A DNA stretch of 64,000 nucleotides. Origin: a virus. Shown piece after piece: positions 16,101 through 26,830 of the stretch. The notes below the pieces were generated by a model, which had not been told where the DNA came from, ran no database searches, and worked only from the letters and a program-made list of their open reading frames with translations. Numbering within the stretch: position 1 is the first letter of the stretch; every line of letters begins with the position of its first letter. Made by a program: the position numbers and the translations under genes. The stretch is from positions 32,001 to 96,000 of IMG/VR virus record IMGVR_UViG_3300049043_000188. One strand, 5' to 3'.

Positions 16101-19100
16101 ACTTTTGACTATGGTTCAGAAGTTCAAACTGTTAATGGAATAAGAAATTCTGATATTATAGATATTCGTCCAAAAACTTCCACATTATACAGTTAGTGCT
16201 AGATTCAAGATCTCCACTCGAATTTTATGGAAGAACCTTTAATGCATCTGGAAATTCTTCTAGAAATATTTTAGCATCTGATGAATCTATTTTAACATCT
16301 TTCTCATTCTATCTTGGAAGAATTGATAGAATTTATCTTAACTAAGGAAGGAAAATTCCAAGTTAAATATGGTGTTCCTTCAGAAAGACCAGAAAAACCA
16401 GTTTCTGTGGATGATGCATTAGAAATTGCAACAATAGATCTACCAGCATACTTATATAATACATCTCAAGCAACTATTCAATTCTTAGAACATAAACGAT
16501 ATAGAATGGTTGATATTAAGCAACTTGAAAATAGAATTAAAAATCTTGAATATTACACGGCACTTTCTTTATTAGAAACAAATACAGCAAATCTCTTTAT
16601 TCCTGATGGAGATGGATTAAACAGATTTAAGTCTGGATTCTTTGTCGATAACTTTACATCATTGCTTAGCACAAGAAGATTCTGTTTTTTATAAGAATAG
16701 TATTGATATAGCAAACAAGCAATTAAGACCAAGACATTATACAAATTCAGTTGATTTAATTTTTGGTCCAGTAACAGGTGTAGATCCAACAGGAGATCTT
16801 GCATTCACTCCAATGGAAGGAGTTAATGTTAGAAAATCTAAAGATGTTGTTACTCTAGATTATGCTGAAGTTGAATGGTTAAAACAATCATTTGCAACTA
16901 GATCAGAAAGTGTTACTCCGTTTCTGATTAGTTTCTGGCAAGGATCCCTAGAATTATCTCCAGCATCAGATACTTGGGTCGATACGGTAAGATTAGAAGC
17001 AAAAGTAATTCAGACTGAAGGAAATTATGCAGAAACACTTTCTAACGCAGTAAGAACTTTAAATGTTGATCCTCAAACTGGATTTGCTCCAGTTGTTTGG
17101 AATGCTTGGGAAACTAATTGGACAGGTCAAGAAGTTATTAATACTTCTAGAACAAGAACCGAAACATCTGGTGGTAAATTGGAGAGGTATTATTTCTGGT
17201 GGTATGGGTCGTGAAGTATATGAAACTCAAACTACATCAGTAATTCAAGATAACTTGAGAGAAATTAGAGATACTGGTGTTCAGACTAGAACTGGAAATA
17301 GAACAATTGTATCAGAACAATTTGATAAAACTTCTGTTGGTGATCGTGTTGTAAGTAGAAATCTTATTCCATATATGCGTTCTAGAAATATTCAATTTGT
17401 TTCTAAAAAACTTAAACCATTGACTCAAATTTATGCTTTCTTTGATGGTGTTGATGTAACTCGTTATTGTGTTCCAAAGTTATTAGAAATTTCTATGGTT
17501 TCTGGAACTTTTCAGGTTGGAGAAAAAGTTATTGGAACTGTACAAAATACTGGATTAAATCCAAATCTTAGGACAAAATGTTGCTAGAATTTCATTTAGA
17601 GTTGCACAATCTAATCATAAAGAGGGACCTTATAATGCAGCAACATACTACATATCCAAATAATCCATATACTGGACAAACTTTACAATCAACATATTCT
17701 TCAACTTCCAATATTTTAAATGTTGATACCTTCTCACTTTCAAATCAACCACAAGGAGAATATAGTGGATGGGTAGAATCTGGAATGATTTTAATTGGTC
17801 AAACTAGTGGAGCACAAGCAACTCTTACCAATGTAAGATTGGTATCAGATTTATCTGCAACTTTAATTGGAAGTTTCTTTATTCCAAGTCCAAATACCAA
17901 TATTCATCCAAAATTTGAAACTGGAACCAAAACATTTACTTTAGTCAATAGCAGTACAAATGATCAAAATGTTGCTACTACAATTGCCGAAGAAGGATTT
18001 GTTGCTAGTGGAACTTTAGAAACAGTTCAAGAAAATATTATTTCTGTAAGAAACGCAAGAATTCAAAACAAACAAGAATTTGAAGAAAGAGCAGTATCTA
18101 GAACAACTGGGACTCAAGTTGTGAGCAGTACTACTTTATCACAATCAAGAAGAAATGTTCTGGTTGGATGGTATGACCCTCTCGCACAATCTTTCTTAGT
18201 TGAAGACGAAACTGGTGTATTCTTAACCAAGTGTGAGGTATTCTTCAGATCTAAAGATGATATGGACATTCCTGTAACGTTCCAATTAAGAACGATGCAG
18301 AATGGATTTCCAACACAAAGAATTCTTCCATTCTCAGAAATTACTTTAGATCCAGGAGATATTCAAACCTCAGCAGATGGATCTGTGGCAACTACATTTG
18401 ATTTTGATGCTCCTGTTTACTTAGAAGGTGGTAAAGAATATTGTATATGTCTTGCATCAAACTCAACAAAATATAGTGTTTATGTCTCAAGAATTGGTGA
18501 AAATGATATACTTACTCAGACATTTATTTCCAATCAACCATACTTGGGATCACTCTTTAAGTCTCAGAATGCATCAACTTGGGAAGCAAGTCAGTGGGAA
18601 GATCTTAAGTTTACCCTTTATAGAGCTGACTTCTTAACTTCAGGAACAGTTGATTTCTATAGTCCAGAACTAACTGAAGGAAATAAGCAAATTCCAACAT
18701 TGATGCCAAATTCCCTCAGTTTAATTTCCAGAAAAATTAGAGTTGGACTTGGTTCAACCGTTCAAGATTCTGGATTAACTTTAGGAAATACAGTTATCCA
18801 ACAAGGAACTAATGCAACTGCAAATTATGTTGGAGCAGCTGGAAGTGCATCGGGAACTCTGAATGTAATCAACTCTGGAATTGGATATACTCCCTCAAGT
18901 GGTGGATTATCAATTAATAATATTAACCTTGTTACAGTTACTGGAAATGGAAAAAATGCTACAGCAAATGTAACAGTATCTAATGGGGTAGCTATTGCAG
19001 CAACCATTACAAATGGTGGTGTTGGATATCAAGTTGGAGATGTAGTTGGAATTAGTACTTTTGGATCTATTGCAGTTGGAAGAAATGCAAGATTTTCTAT

Positions 19101-20610
19101 TGTTTCTATTGCAAGCACCAATCAATTAATTCTTGATAATGTTCAAGGAGAATTTGTAGTTGGATCTGCAAAAACTGTTCAATATATCAATAGTTCTGGA
19201 ATAACAACATACTTTAAACGCAACCACTGGCGGAAATGTATTAATCAATTCTATTGATACAATCAGCTGATGGATTGCACATAAAAATAAATCATCAAAA
19301 CCACGGAATGTATTCCAACAAAAATTATGTTGCTATATCAAATGCACAATCTGACGTAAATCCAACAAAATTAAGTACTGCGTATAATACGAATTCTACA
19401 GGATCTATTAGTGTTGACAGTGCATCTAATTTCTCAACGTTTGAAAACGTTGGTGTTGGAACGACTAATCCAGGATATTTACTAATAGGCGATGAAATAA
19501 TTCAATATACCTCTGTTTCAGGAAACTTAATCGGAGGAAATATGTTAAGAGGTACAAATTCGAAGAATTATCCGGTTGGAACACCAGTTTATAAGTATGA
19601 ATTGGGTGGAGTATCTTTAAGAAGAATTAATAAAACACATTATCTTAATGATGCAACCGTTTCAGATCCAATAGGATTTGATTCTTATCACGTAAAACTT
19701 GATATGAATTCAAACGGTATTGGTAGAACTAGTGATACTGGATATCCAAGACTTTATATCAACCAAACAAAATCTGCTGGTGGATATAGCACTAAGGCAA
19801 CTCAAAATATGCCTTATGAAATTATCACACCTATTATTCAAAATTTGACTGTAAGAGGAACATCTTTAAATGCCTCACTCAGAACTGTAACCGGATCAAG
19901 TATAAGTGGTAATGAAATACCATTTATTGATAATGGATTTGAACCCATTAGTATTGGAAAACCAAATTACTTGGATAGTACAAGAATTATCTGTTCTAAG
20001 ATTAATGAAAATGAAAAACTACTGAATCTTCCTGGTAATAAATCAATGAACCTTAGACTGCAACTTGATACCGTAGATTCCAGATTAAGTCCAGTTGTCG
20101 ATACTCAGAGAGTTTCTACAATATTAACTTCAAATAGAGTTAACAACGTAATTTCTAATTACGCAACAGATTCTAGAGTTAATACTATTGATCAAGATCC
20201 ATCTGCTTTCCAATATATTTCTAAAGAAATCAATTTGGAAAATGGAGCAAGTTCTATTAAGATCCTTCTGAACGCTCATATCAATCAATATTGCGATATC
20301 AGAGCACTTTATGCAATTAGTGAAAAACCAAACTTCAATCCAGTATTTGTTCCATTCCCAGGATACTCTAATCTAAACACTAAGAATGAAGTCATCAATT
20401 TTGCAGATAGTGATGGAAGATCTGATGTATTTGTAACTCCAACACAATCTCTAGGATTTGAAACATCCGATATTGAATTTAAAGAATATGTATTTACAAT
20501 TGATAAATTACCTTCCTTCAAATCATACAGAATTAAACTTAGTACTAACATCAACAAATCAAGTTTATGTCCCAAGAATTAAAGATCTGAGAGTTATTGC
20601 TTTAGCATAA
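13144..20610 (+). CDS. Large VrlC-like/DUF4815-type virion structural protein (frameshifted by read errors)
   Basis: N-terminus MSQETNLNVSPYFDDFD..NDYYRVLFKPGYPVQARELTTLQSILQNQIEKFG, then LARRTYAESGDY, WYDPLAQSF and GSLFKSQNASTW. C-terminus PRIKDLRVIALA-TAA(20610). Confidence 0.85.
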
Positions 20611-20611
20611 T

Positions 20612-20836
20612 ATGGATTATTTGAAAGTTGAAGGATACTCTCATCTAATGAGAGATCAAAGTACAAATTCAATTGTTAATACTAATATGTCAGAATACCA
20701 AGAATATGTTTCTAGAAGAAATGCAAAGAGTGAAGAGAATCAAAAAGTACAGAATATAGAAGAAGAACTTGATAATATAAAAAATGATATCAATGAAATT
20801 AAAAATTTACTTAGGAGTTTGGTAAATGGATCCTGA
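20612..20836 (+). CDS. Conserved small cyanophage protein with C-terminal coiled coil
   Basis: 74-aa ORF MDYLKVEGYSHLMRDQSTNSIVN... between VrlC and gp13, a typical position in cyanomyoviruses. Confidence 0.7.
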   Translation: MDYLKVEGYSHLMRDQSTNSIVNTNMSEYQEYVSRRNAKSEENQKVQNIEEELDNIKNDINEIKNLLRSLVNGS

Positions 20837-20999
20837 TAAAATTGTATTAGAAGATTTATCCAAAAGTTTTGAATATATGAAAGCTTGTATAGAAATTGAC
20901 TCTGTAGATGATATTGATGAAATTAAAACGGTTGCAAAAGCTTATATGAAATTATATTTGAAGCAACAAGAAGTTTTAAAAGATTTAATTAAACTATAA
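20826..20999 (+). CDS. 57-aa helical protein, NblA-like pattern (not in ORF track)
   Basis: Hand translation MDPDKIVLEDLSKSFEYMKACIEIDSVDDIDEIKTVAKAYMKLYLKQQEVLKDLIKL. Overlaps the upstream gene end and fills the gap before gp13. Confidence 0.7.
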   Translation: MDPDKIVLEDLSKSFEYMKACIEIDSVDDIDEIKTVAKAYMKLYLKQQEVLKDLIKL

Positions 21000-21002
21000 A
21001 TA
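20995..21002 (+). promoter_or_regulatory. Late promoter TATAAATA
   Basis: Exact T4 late consensus upstream of gp13. Confidence 0.75.
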
Positions 21003-21020
21003 TTTTAAAAAGTAAAGATA

Positions 21021-21867
21021 ATGGCGCAACCATCCACTAGACAGGGTTTGATAGATTATTGTAAAAGAAAACTGGGGGCTCCAGTTTTGGAAATCAATGT
21101 AGCGGATGAACAGATTGATGATTTAGTGGATGATGCCATTCAATTTTTCCAAGAAAGACATTTTGATGGAGTTTATCCAACATTTTACAAATATAAAATA
21201 ACTCAAGCAGATATTGACAGAGGAAGATCGAGAGGTAATGATGTTGCAGTTGGTATTGCTACTACATCGGCAACTACAAATATAGTTGGAACTGCAACGA
21301 CATTTACTTATGAGGAAAACAGCAATTATTTACAAGTTCCTCCCAATATTATTGGGGTAAATAAAATTTTTCACTTTGATGGATCAAACACCATTACCCA
21401 CAATATGTTTAGTGTTAAATATCAATTATTCTTAAATGACATTTATTATTGGGGAGCCACAGAAATTTTAAGTTATGCAATGGTAAAAACTTATCTTGAA
21501 GATCTTGATTTTTTATTAACTACGCAAAAACAAATTAGATTTAATAAAAGACAAGATAGACTTTATTTAGATATTGATTGGGGATCAGTAACTGTAGGAC
21601 AATATATGATTATTGATTGCTATTCTACATTAGATCCAAATGATTATTCAAGAGTTTGGAACGATTCTTTTTTAAAACCATATTTAACCTCATTGATTAA
21701 ACGTCAATGGGGTCAGAAATATGATGAAATTTACTGGAGTAAAACTTCCCGGTGGTGTTGAACTCAATGGGAGACAAATGTATGATGATGCTCAAAGAGA
21801 AATTGATATTTTAATGGAAAAAATGTCCAATACATATGAACTACCTCCTCTTGATATGATAGGATGA
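21021..21867 (+). CDS. gp13: Neck protein gp13 (one indel near 21720)
   Basis: LIDYCKRKLGAPVLEINVADEQIDDLVDDAIQFFQERHFDG and IKRQWGQ, then in a shifted frame GVKLPGGVELNGRQMYDDA...YELPPLDMIG-TGA. Confidence 0.92.
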
Positions 21868-21871
21868 TAAA

Positions 21872-23287
21872 ATGCTCAATCCATTTTTTTTACAAGGTTC
21901 TAAAGGAGAACAAGGATTAATACAAGACCTAATTAATGAACAACTTCGTATGTATGGAGTTGATATTCATTATTTACCGAGAAAATATTTAACTGAAAAA
22001 AAAGTTTTAAGAGAAGTTATAGAATCTGCTTTTGATGAGGCATATCCTTTAGAAGCATATATTGAAAATTATGAAGGTTATGGAGATAACACTACAATCT
22101 TATCTAAATTTGGAATCCAAGCACTCAATGAACTTACAATAACAATATCAAAAGAAAGATTTGAAAGTTATATTTCCCCTTTAATCAAAAATAAACCAAA
22201 TATTAAGTTGGGAACTAGACCAAAGGAGGGAGATTTAATTTATTTTCCTCTTGGGGATAGATTGTTTGAAATAAAATTTGTAGAGCATGAACAACCATTT
22301 TATCAATTACAAAAAACTTATGTATATACGTTAAAATGCGAACTCTTTAGATATGAGGATGAAGTTATTGATACTGGAATTGAAGAAATAGATGACACAA
22401 ATGTTGGAGGAGGAGATACTATTGGAGGTATTGGTGGAGGAGTTGGAATAACTCAAATACTTACCTTGATTGGTGTTGGAACCACAGCATCTGCAACAAC
22501 AACATTAATTAATGGAGGTATTAGATTTATTACTGTTACAAATAGGGGTGGTGGGTACTCAAATGCTCCTACAGTTGCAATATCTTCTGCTCCTGCTGGT
22601 GGAGTAACTGGTATTGCTACAGCAACAATGATTGGTGGAATTGTTGTATGTAATGATAATGTAAATCCTCAAAATAAATCAGTTCAAAGTGTTGCACTAA
22701 TTAATCCTGGATTTGGATACACCGTAACTCCAGGAATAAGATTTATTGGTGGTGGTGGTTCAGGTGCAGCTGCCACGGCATCTATAGGAACTGGAATTAT
22801 TGGACCTATTACAGTTACTAATGCAGGATCAGGATATACAACTGCACCAACAATAACATTTGCAGGAATTGCATCAGTATCTGCTGCAGCAACTGCAGTT
22901 GTAAGTACGTCCGGATCAATCACTGCAATTAGAATTATAAATTCAGGTCTTGGATATACGGTAGCACCAACTATTACAATATCCGCACCATCTTTTGTTG
23001 GAATTGGAACTTATCAATATAATGAAATTATTACAGGAAGTATAAGTGGAGTTACTGCTAGAGTAAGATCTTGGAACGCAATTACAAATATTTTAGAAAT
23101 CTCAAATGAAACTGGTTCTTTTGTAAGAGGAGAAAAAATTGTTGGATCTGCATCATCAGCATCATATGTATTATCTTCAATTGGAGATTATTTTACTCAA
23201 AATGCTTATGCAGACAATTTAGATATAGAATTAGAAGCAGATAAAATAATAGACTTTACGGAGTCTAATCCATTTGGAATGCCATAA
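21872..23287 (+). CDS. gp14: Neck protein gp14 with internal Gly/Thr/Ala-rich repeat insertion
   Basis: EQGLIQDLINEQLRMYG, RPKEGDLIYFP, FEIKFVEHEQPFYQL, C-terminal IIDFTESNPFG. Confidence 0.92.
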   Translation: MLNPFFLQGSKGEQGLIQDLINEQLRMYGVDIHYLPRKYLTEKKVLREVIESAFDEAYPLEAYIENYEGYGDNTTILSKFGIQALNELTITISKERFESYISPLIKNKPNIKLGTRPKEGDLIYFPLGDRLFEIKFVEHEQPFYQLQKTYVYTLKCELFRYEDEVIDTGIEEIDDTNVGGGDTIGGIGGGVGITQILTLIGVGTTASATTTLINGGIRFITVTNRGGGYSNAPTVAISSAPAGGVTGIATATMIGGIVVCNDNVNPQNKSVQSVALINPGFGYTVTPGIRFIGGGGSGAAATASIGTGIIGPITVTNAGSGYTTAPTITFAGIASVSAAATAVVSTSGSITAIRIINSGLGYTVAPTITISAPSFVGIGTYQYNEIITGSISGVTARVRSWNAITNILEISNETGSFVRGEKIVGSASSASYVLSSIGDYFTQNAYADNLDIELEADKIIDFTESNPFGMP

Positions 23288-23290
23288 ATA
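23283..23290 (+). promoter_or_regulatory. Late promoter CATAAATA
   Basis: NATAAATA upstream of gp15. Confidence 0.6.
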
Positions 23291-23333
23291 TAATTTATTA
23301 TTTGGTTAAATAGTATCACAAGGAACTACTAAA

Positions 23334-24335
23334 ATGTTTGAATATTTTTATAACGAAATTTTAAGAAAAACTGTAGTGTCTTTTGGATCTCTATTCAACG
23401 ACATATCAATCAAACATACCGACAATTCAAATGAAGTTATTGATGTTATAAAAGTTCCGTTGGCATATGGACCGACTCAGAAATTTTTAGCAAGACTTGA
23501 GCAATCTCCAGATTTAAATAAACCAGTTCAAATTACATTACCTAGAATGTCATTTGAATTTACGGGACTTACCTATGATGCATCAAGAAAATTAACTACA
23601 ACACAAACTTTTACCTCAAAGTCATCAATAGATGGATCTATAGTTAAAAAAACTTATATGCCAGTTCCATATAATTTACAATTTGAATTGGCAATTATGA
23701 CAAAATTGAATGATGATGCTCTACAGATTATTGAGCAAATTCTTCCATATTTCCAACCAGCATACACTTTAACCATCGAACTTATTGATGAAATTAATGA
23801 AAAAAGAGATATTCCAATTGTTTTAGAAAACGTAACATTTCAAGATGATTATGAGGGAAACTTTGAAACTCGAAGAGTATTAATTTACACTTTAAGATTT
23901 ACTGCAAAGACATATCTTTTTGGACCAACTCAAACAGCAACAAAAGATATTATCAAAAAATCTACTATCAGTTATATTACTGGAGATTCTACATCTACTC
24001 CAACTAGAGAAGTTGTGTATTCGTCAGATATACGTGCAATTAAAAACTACACTGGAACAGTTCTAACAAATTTGACAAAAGATATTACTGTAGAAGATAT
24101 CTTAATTGAAGTAAATAATGCTTCCACAATATCAGCAAACACATATTTAGATATTGAAGGTGAAGAAGTATATGTAAAATTAAAAACTGGAAATGTTCTT
24201 ACTGTAGATAGAGGAAGAGATGGAACAACAATTACCTCACATTTGTCCGGATCTGAAGTAAAGTCTATTACTACTACCGATAATACTTTGGTAGAAATTG
24301 GTGATGATTTTGGTTTTAATGGGCAAACTTTATAA
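23334..24335 (+). CDS. gp15: Tail sheath stabilizer/completion protein gp15
   Basis: YFYNEILRKTVVSFGSLFN, KVPLAYGP, ITLPRMSFE, QIIEQILPYFQP. Confidence 0.92.
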   Translation: MFEYFYNEILRKTVVSFGSLFNDISIKHTDNSNEVIDVIKVPLAYGPTQKFLARLEQSPDLNKPVQITLPRMSFEFTGLTYDASRKLTTTQTFTSKSSIDGSIVKKTYMPVPYNLQFELAIMTKLNDDALQIIEQILPYFQPAYTLTIELIDEINEKRDIPIVLENVTFQDDYEGNFETRRVLIYTLRFTAKTYLFGPTQTATKDIIKKSTISYITGDSTSTPTREVVYSSDIRAIKNYTGTVLTNLTKDITVEDILIEVNNASTISANTYLDIEGEEVYVKLKTGNVLTVDRGRDGTTITSHLSGSEVKSITTTDNTLVEIGDDFGFNGQTL

Positions 24336-24337
24336 AA

Positions 24338-24778
24338 ATGACAAAAAAATTTGACAAACTAAATGATACATTTAATGTTTCTGGGAAAATAATTACTACA
24401 CACCCTGTAGAAAGTTCTTTATCCGTAGAGGTAGAAAAAATTTCTACACCAGTTGATGATATAAAAAAAGATTATGAATATACTAGAGGAAATTTATATT
24501 CGTTGATTGAAAAAGGTCAAGAAGCAATTAATGGTATTTTAGAATTAGCACAGGAAAGTGAAATGCCGAGAGCATACGAAGTTGCTGGACAACTAATTAA
24601 AAGTGTAGCAGATGCTACAGACAAATTAATGGACCTTCAAAAAAAATTGAAAGATATTGAAGAGGAAAAAGTAAGTAAAGGTCCAACAACAGTTAACAAT
24701 GCACTTTTTGTTGGATCAACAGCAGATTTGGCAAAGTTTTTAAAACAACAATCTCAAACTAACAATGAAAACCTTTAA
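24338..24778 (+). CDS. gp16: Terminase small subunit
   Basis: DYEYTRGNLY...AQESEMPRAYEVAGQLIK and NNALFVGSTADL. Confidence 0.9.
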   Translation: MTKKFDKLNDTFNVSGKIITTHPVESSLSVEVEKISTPVDDIKKDYEYTRGNLYSLIEKGQEAINGILELAQESEMPRAYEVAGQLIKSVADATDKLMDLQKKLKDIEEEKVSKGPTTVNNALFVGSTADLAKFLKQQSQTNNENL

Positions 24779-24920
24779 ACAGTTCCAAGAAGACTGGACT
24801 AATAAATACAAAAAGAGTATTGATTGCTCTAATCCAAAAGGATTTTCTCAACGTGCTCATTGTGCGGGAAGAAGAAAAAGAGCAAAAGGTGAAGAAACTA
24901 AATCAAAACCAATTGAGTAA
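24765..24920 (+). CDS. 51-aa basic protein with T4-like capsid-targeting N-terminus (not in ORF track)
   Basis: Hand translation MKTFKQFQEDWTNKYKKSIDCSNPKGFSQRAHCAGRRKRAKGEETKSKPIE. Its TAA overlaps the next ATG (TAATG). Confidence 0.75.
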   Translation: MKTFKQFQEDWTNKYKKSIDCSNPKGFSQRAHCAGRRKRAKGEETKSKPIE

Positions 24921-26824
24921 TGCCACAGATTAAGACACATAAAACAGTTGAGCAAATTGCCAAGAAGCATCGTCTTGATGTGTCTTTTATACAAAAGCAA
25001 CTTGATATGGGTGAACCAATTGAACACGAACATACAAAAGACCACGAATTAGCAACTGATATTGCTCTGCAGCATCTTGATGAAATTCCAGATTATTATA
25101 CTCGTTTGAAAAAAATGGAAGCAGATGCTAAAAAAGAACATAAAAAGTTCAAGGACGTGAAAGAAGAAACCAAATCGGGAGATCAGGGTCTTCGTGACTG
25201 GTTTGGTAAATCCAAATCTTCTGATGGTAAAAAAGGATGGGTTCAGTTAGGAGGAAAATGGTCCGGCAAACCTTGTGCTCGTCAACCAGGACAAACTTCT
25301 ACACCTAAATGTGGCAGCTCAAAAATGAAAAGAGATCTTTCTAAAGATGAAGAGGAAACAGCAAGAAAAAGAAAAAATAGACTAGATCCAGACCAACCAC
25401 AAAAAACTGGTGGTGCCAAACCAACTAACGTAAGAACTGAAGAAATGGATTTACAAGAAGTCAAAGATAAACCAGGAAAAGGTAGTGGTAAAAAAGATGC
25501 CTGCTATCATAAAGTAAAGTCAAGATATTCAGTTTGGCCAAGTGCGTATGCATCAGGAGCACTGGTCAAGTGTCGTAAAGTTGGTGCTGCAAACTGGGGA
25601 ACAAAATCGGAGGAAACAATGCACGAAGAAGAAAGATATTGTCCTTTATGCGACAAAAGAGAGACAAGATCCGAATGTTCTTATGGTGGAAAAGCCTGGG
25701 ATAAAGTTTCTGTAAAAGATCATGAATACTCAATGGTACGATCAGAACTTCAAACTATTATGAGATGCTGCAGAAGAGATTGTCAGACAAAAGTTGGTCA
25801 AAGGGTGAAGGTAGATATTAGAAGCATGGGTTCAATCAAAAATTACTAAAGCAGCAGATTATATTGATACTGCAGCAGATTATGTTGATAGTGGTGAAAT
25901 GGAAGAGGCAGTAGGTTAAACTATCAATCCATCTGCTCATAACAGTTGCACAAAAAAGAGAAAAAATTAGAGCACTGACAAATCAAGGTATTGGTGGTGA
26001 AAAAGATGTTGCAAAGACAAAATTAGGACAAAATAGCAGAACTTCCAAAAATAAAAGAAGAAAATTTAGTAGATAAAATTACAAAAGAGATTCTTGATGA
26101 AAAATGTTGGCCTGGATATAAAAAGAAGGGAATGAAAACAATGTTTGGAAAAAGATATCCAAATTGCGTAAAAGCAGAGGAAAGTATTACTATTGAAGAT
26201 GCTGATGGTAATACTTTTGTCGAGGTTGTAGATTTAATTAAACCAGAACCAATCAAATCGCAAATAAAAGAAGCAACAAGACTTCAAGCACAAAGCGGAA
26301 ATATTATTGCAATTACTCTTTTATGGAGAGGAAAATATTATGCAATTCGCATGTTTTTTCCACAAACAAAACTTCCATCACGTCAAGAAGTAACAGATGA
26401 GATTCAAAAAGTTTATCCTGGTGGAAGAGTTGTTCATCATTCAGTATCAGAATTCACTCCAGGACAACCATTGATACAAGCAGGACTTCAAGGTGGATCA
26501 TTAGCATTTCCTGGTCCATCAAAAAAATATGTAAAACCTTACGGAGAGCAAGTTGAATTTTATGAAGATTGGCAGTCAGTTAATCGTAAAGATAAAACTG
26601 ATGGATTGAGCCAAAAGGCAGTTGATGCATATCGTCGTGAAAATCCAGGTTCAAAACTGCAAACTGCTGTAACTGAAAAGAAACCAACAGGAAAAAGAGC
26701 AAAACGTCGGGCATCATTTTGTCGCAGAATGAAAGGTATGAAGTCTAAACTGACTTCTGCAAAAACTGCAAGAGATCCAGATTCAAGAATCAATAAAGCC
26801 CTTCGTCGATGGAACTGCAACTAA
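24920..26824 (+). CDS. Modular basic protein of about 630 aa (indels at about 25760-26040), candidate internal-head polyprotein
   Basis: ORFs 24920-25849 and 26132-26824 are bridged by coding pieces (EAWVQSKITKAADYIDTAADY and IKEENLVDKITKEILDEKCWPGYKKKG). Consists of successive short modules separated by hydrophobic-x-E(E) sites. Confidence 0.7.
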
Positions 26825-26830
26825 TTTATT

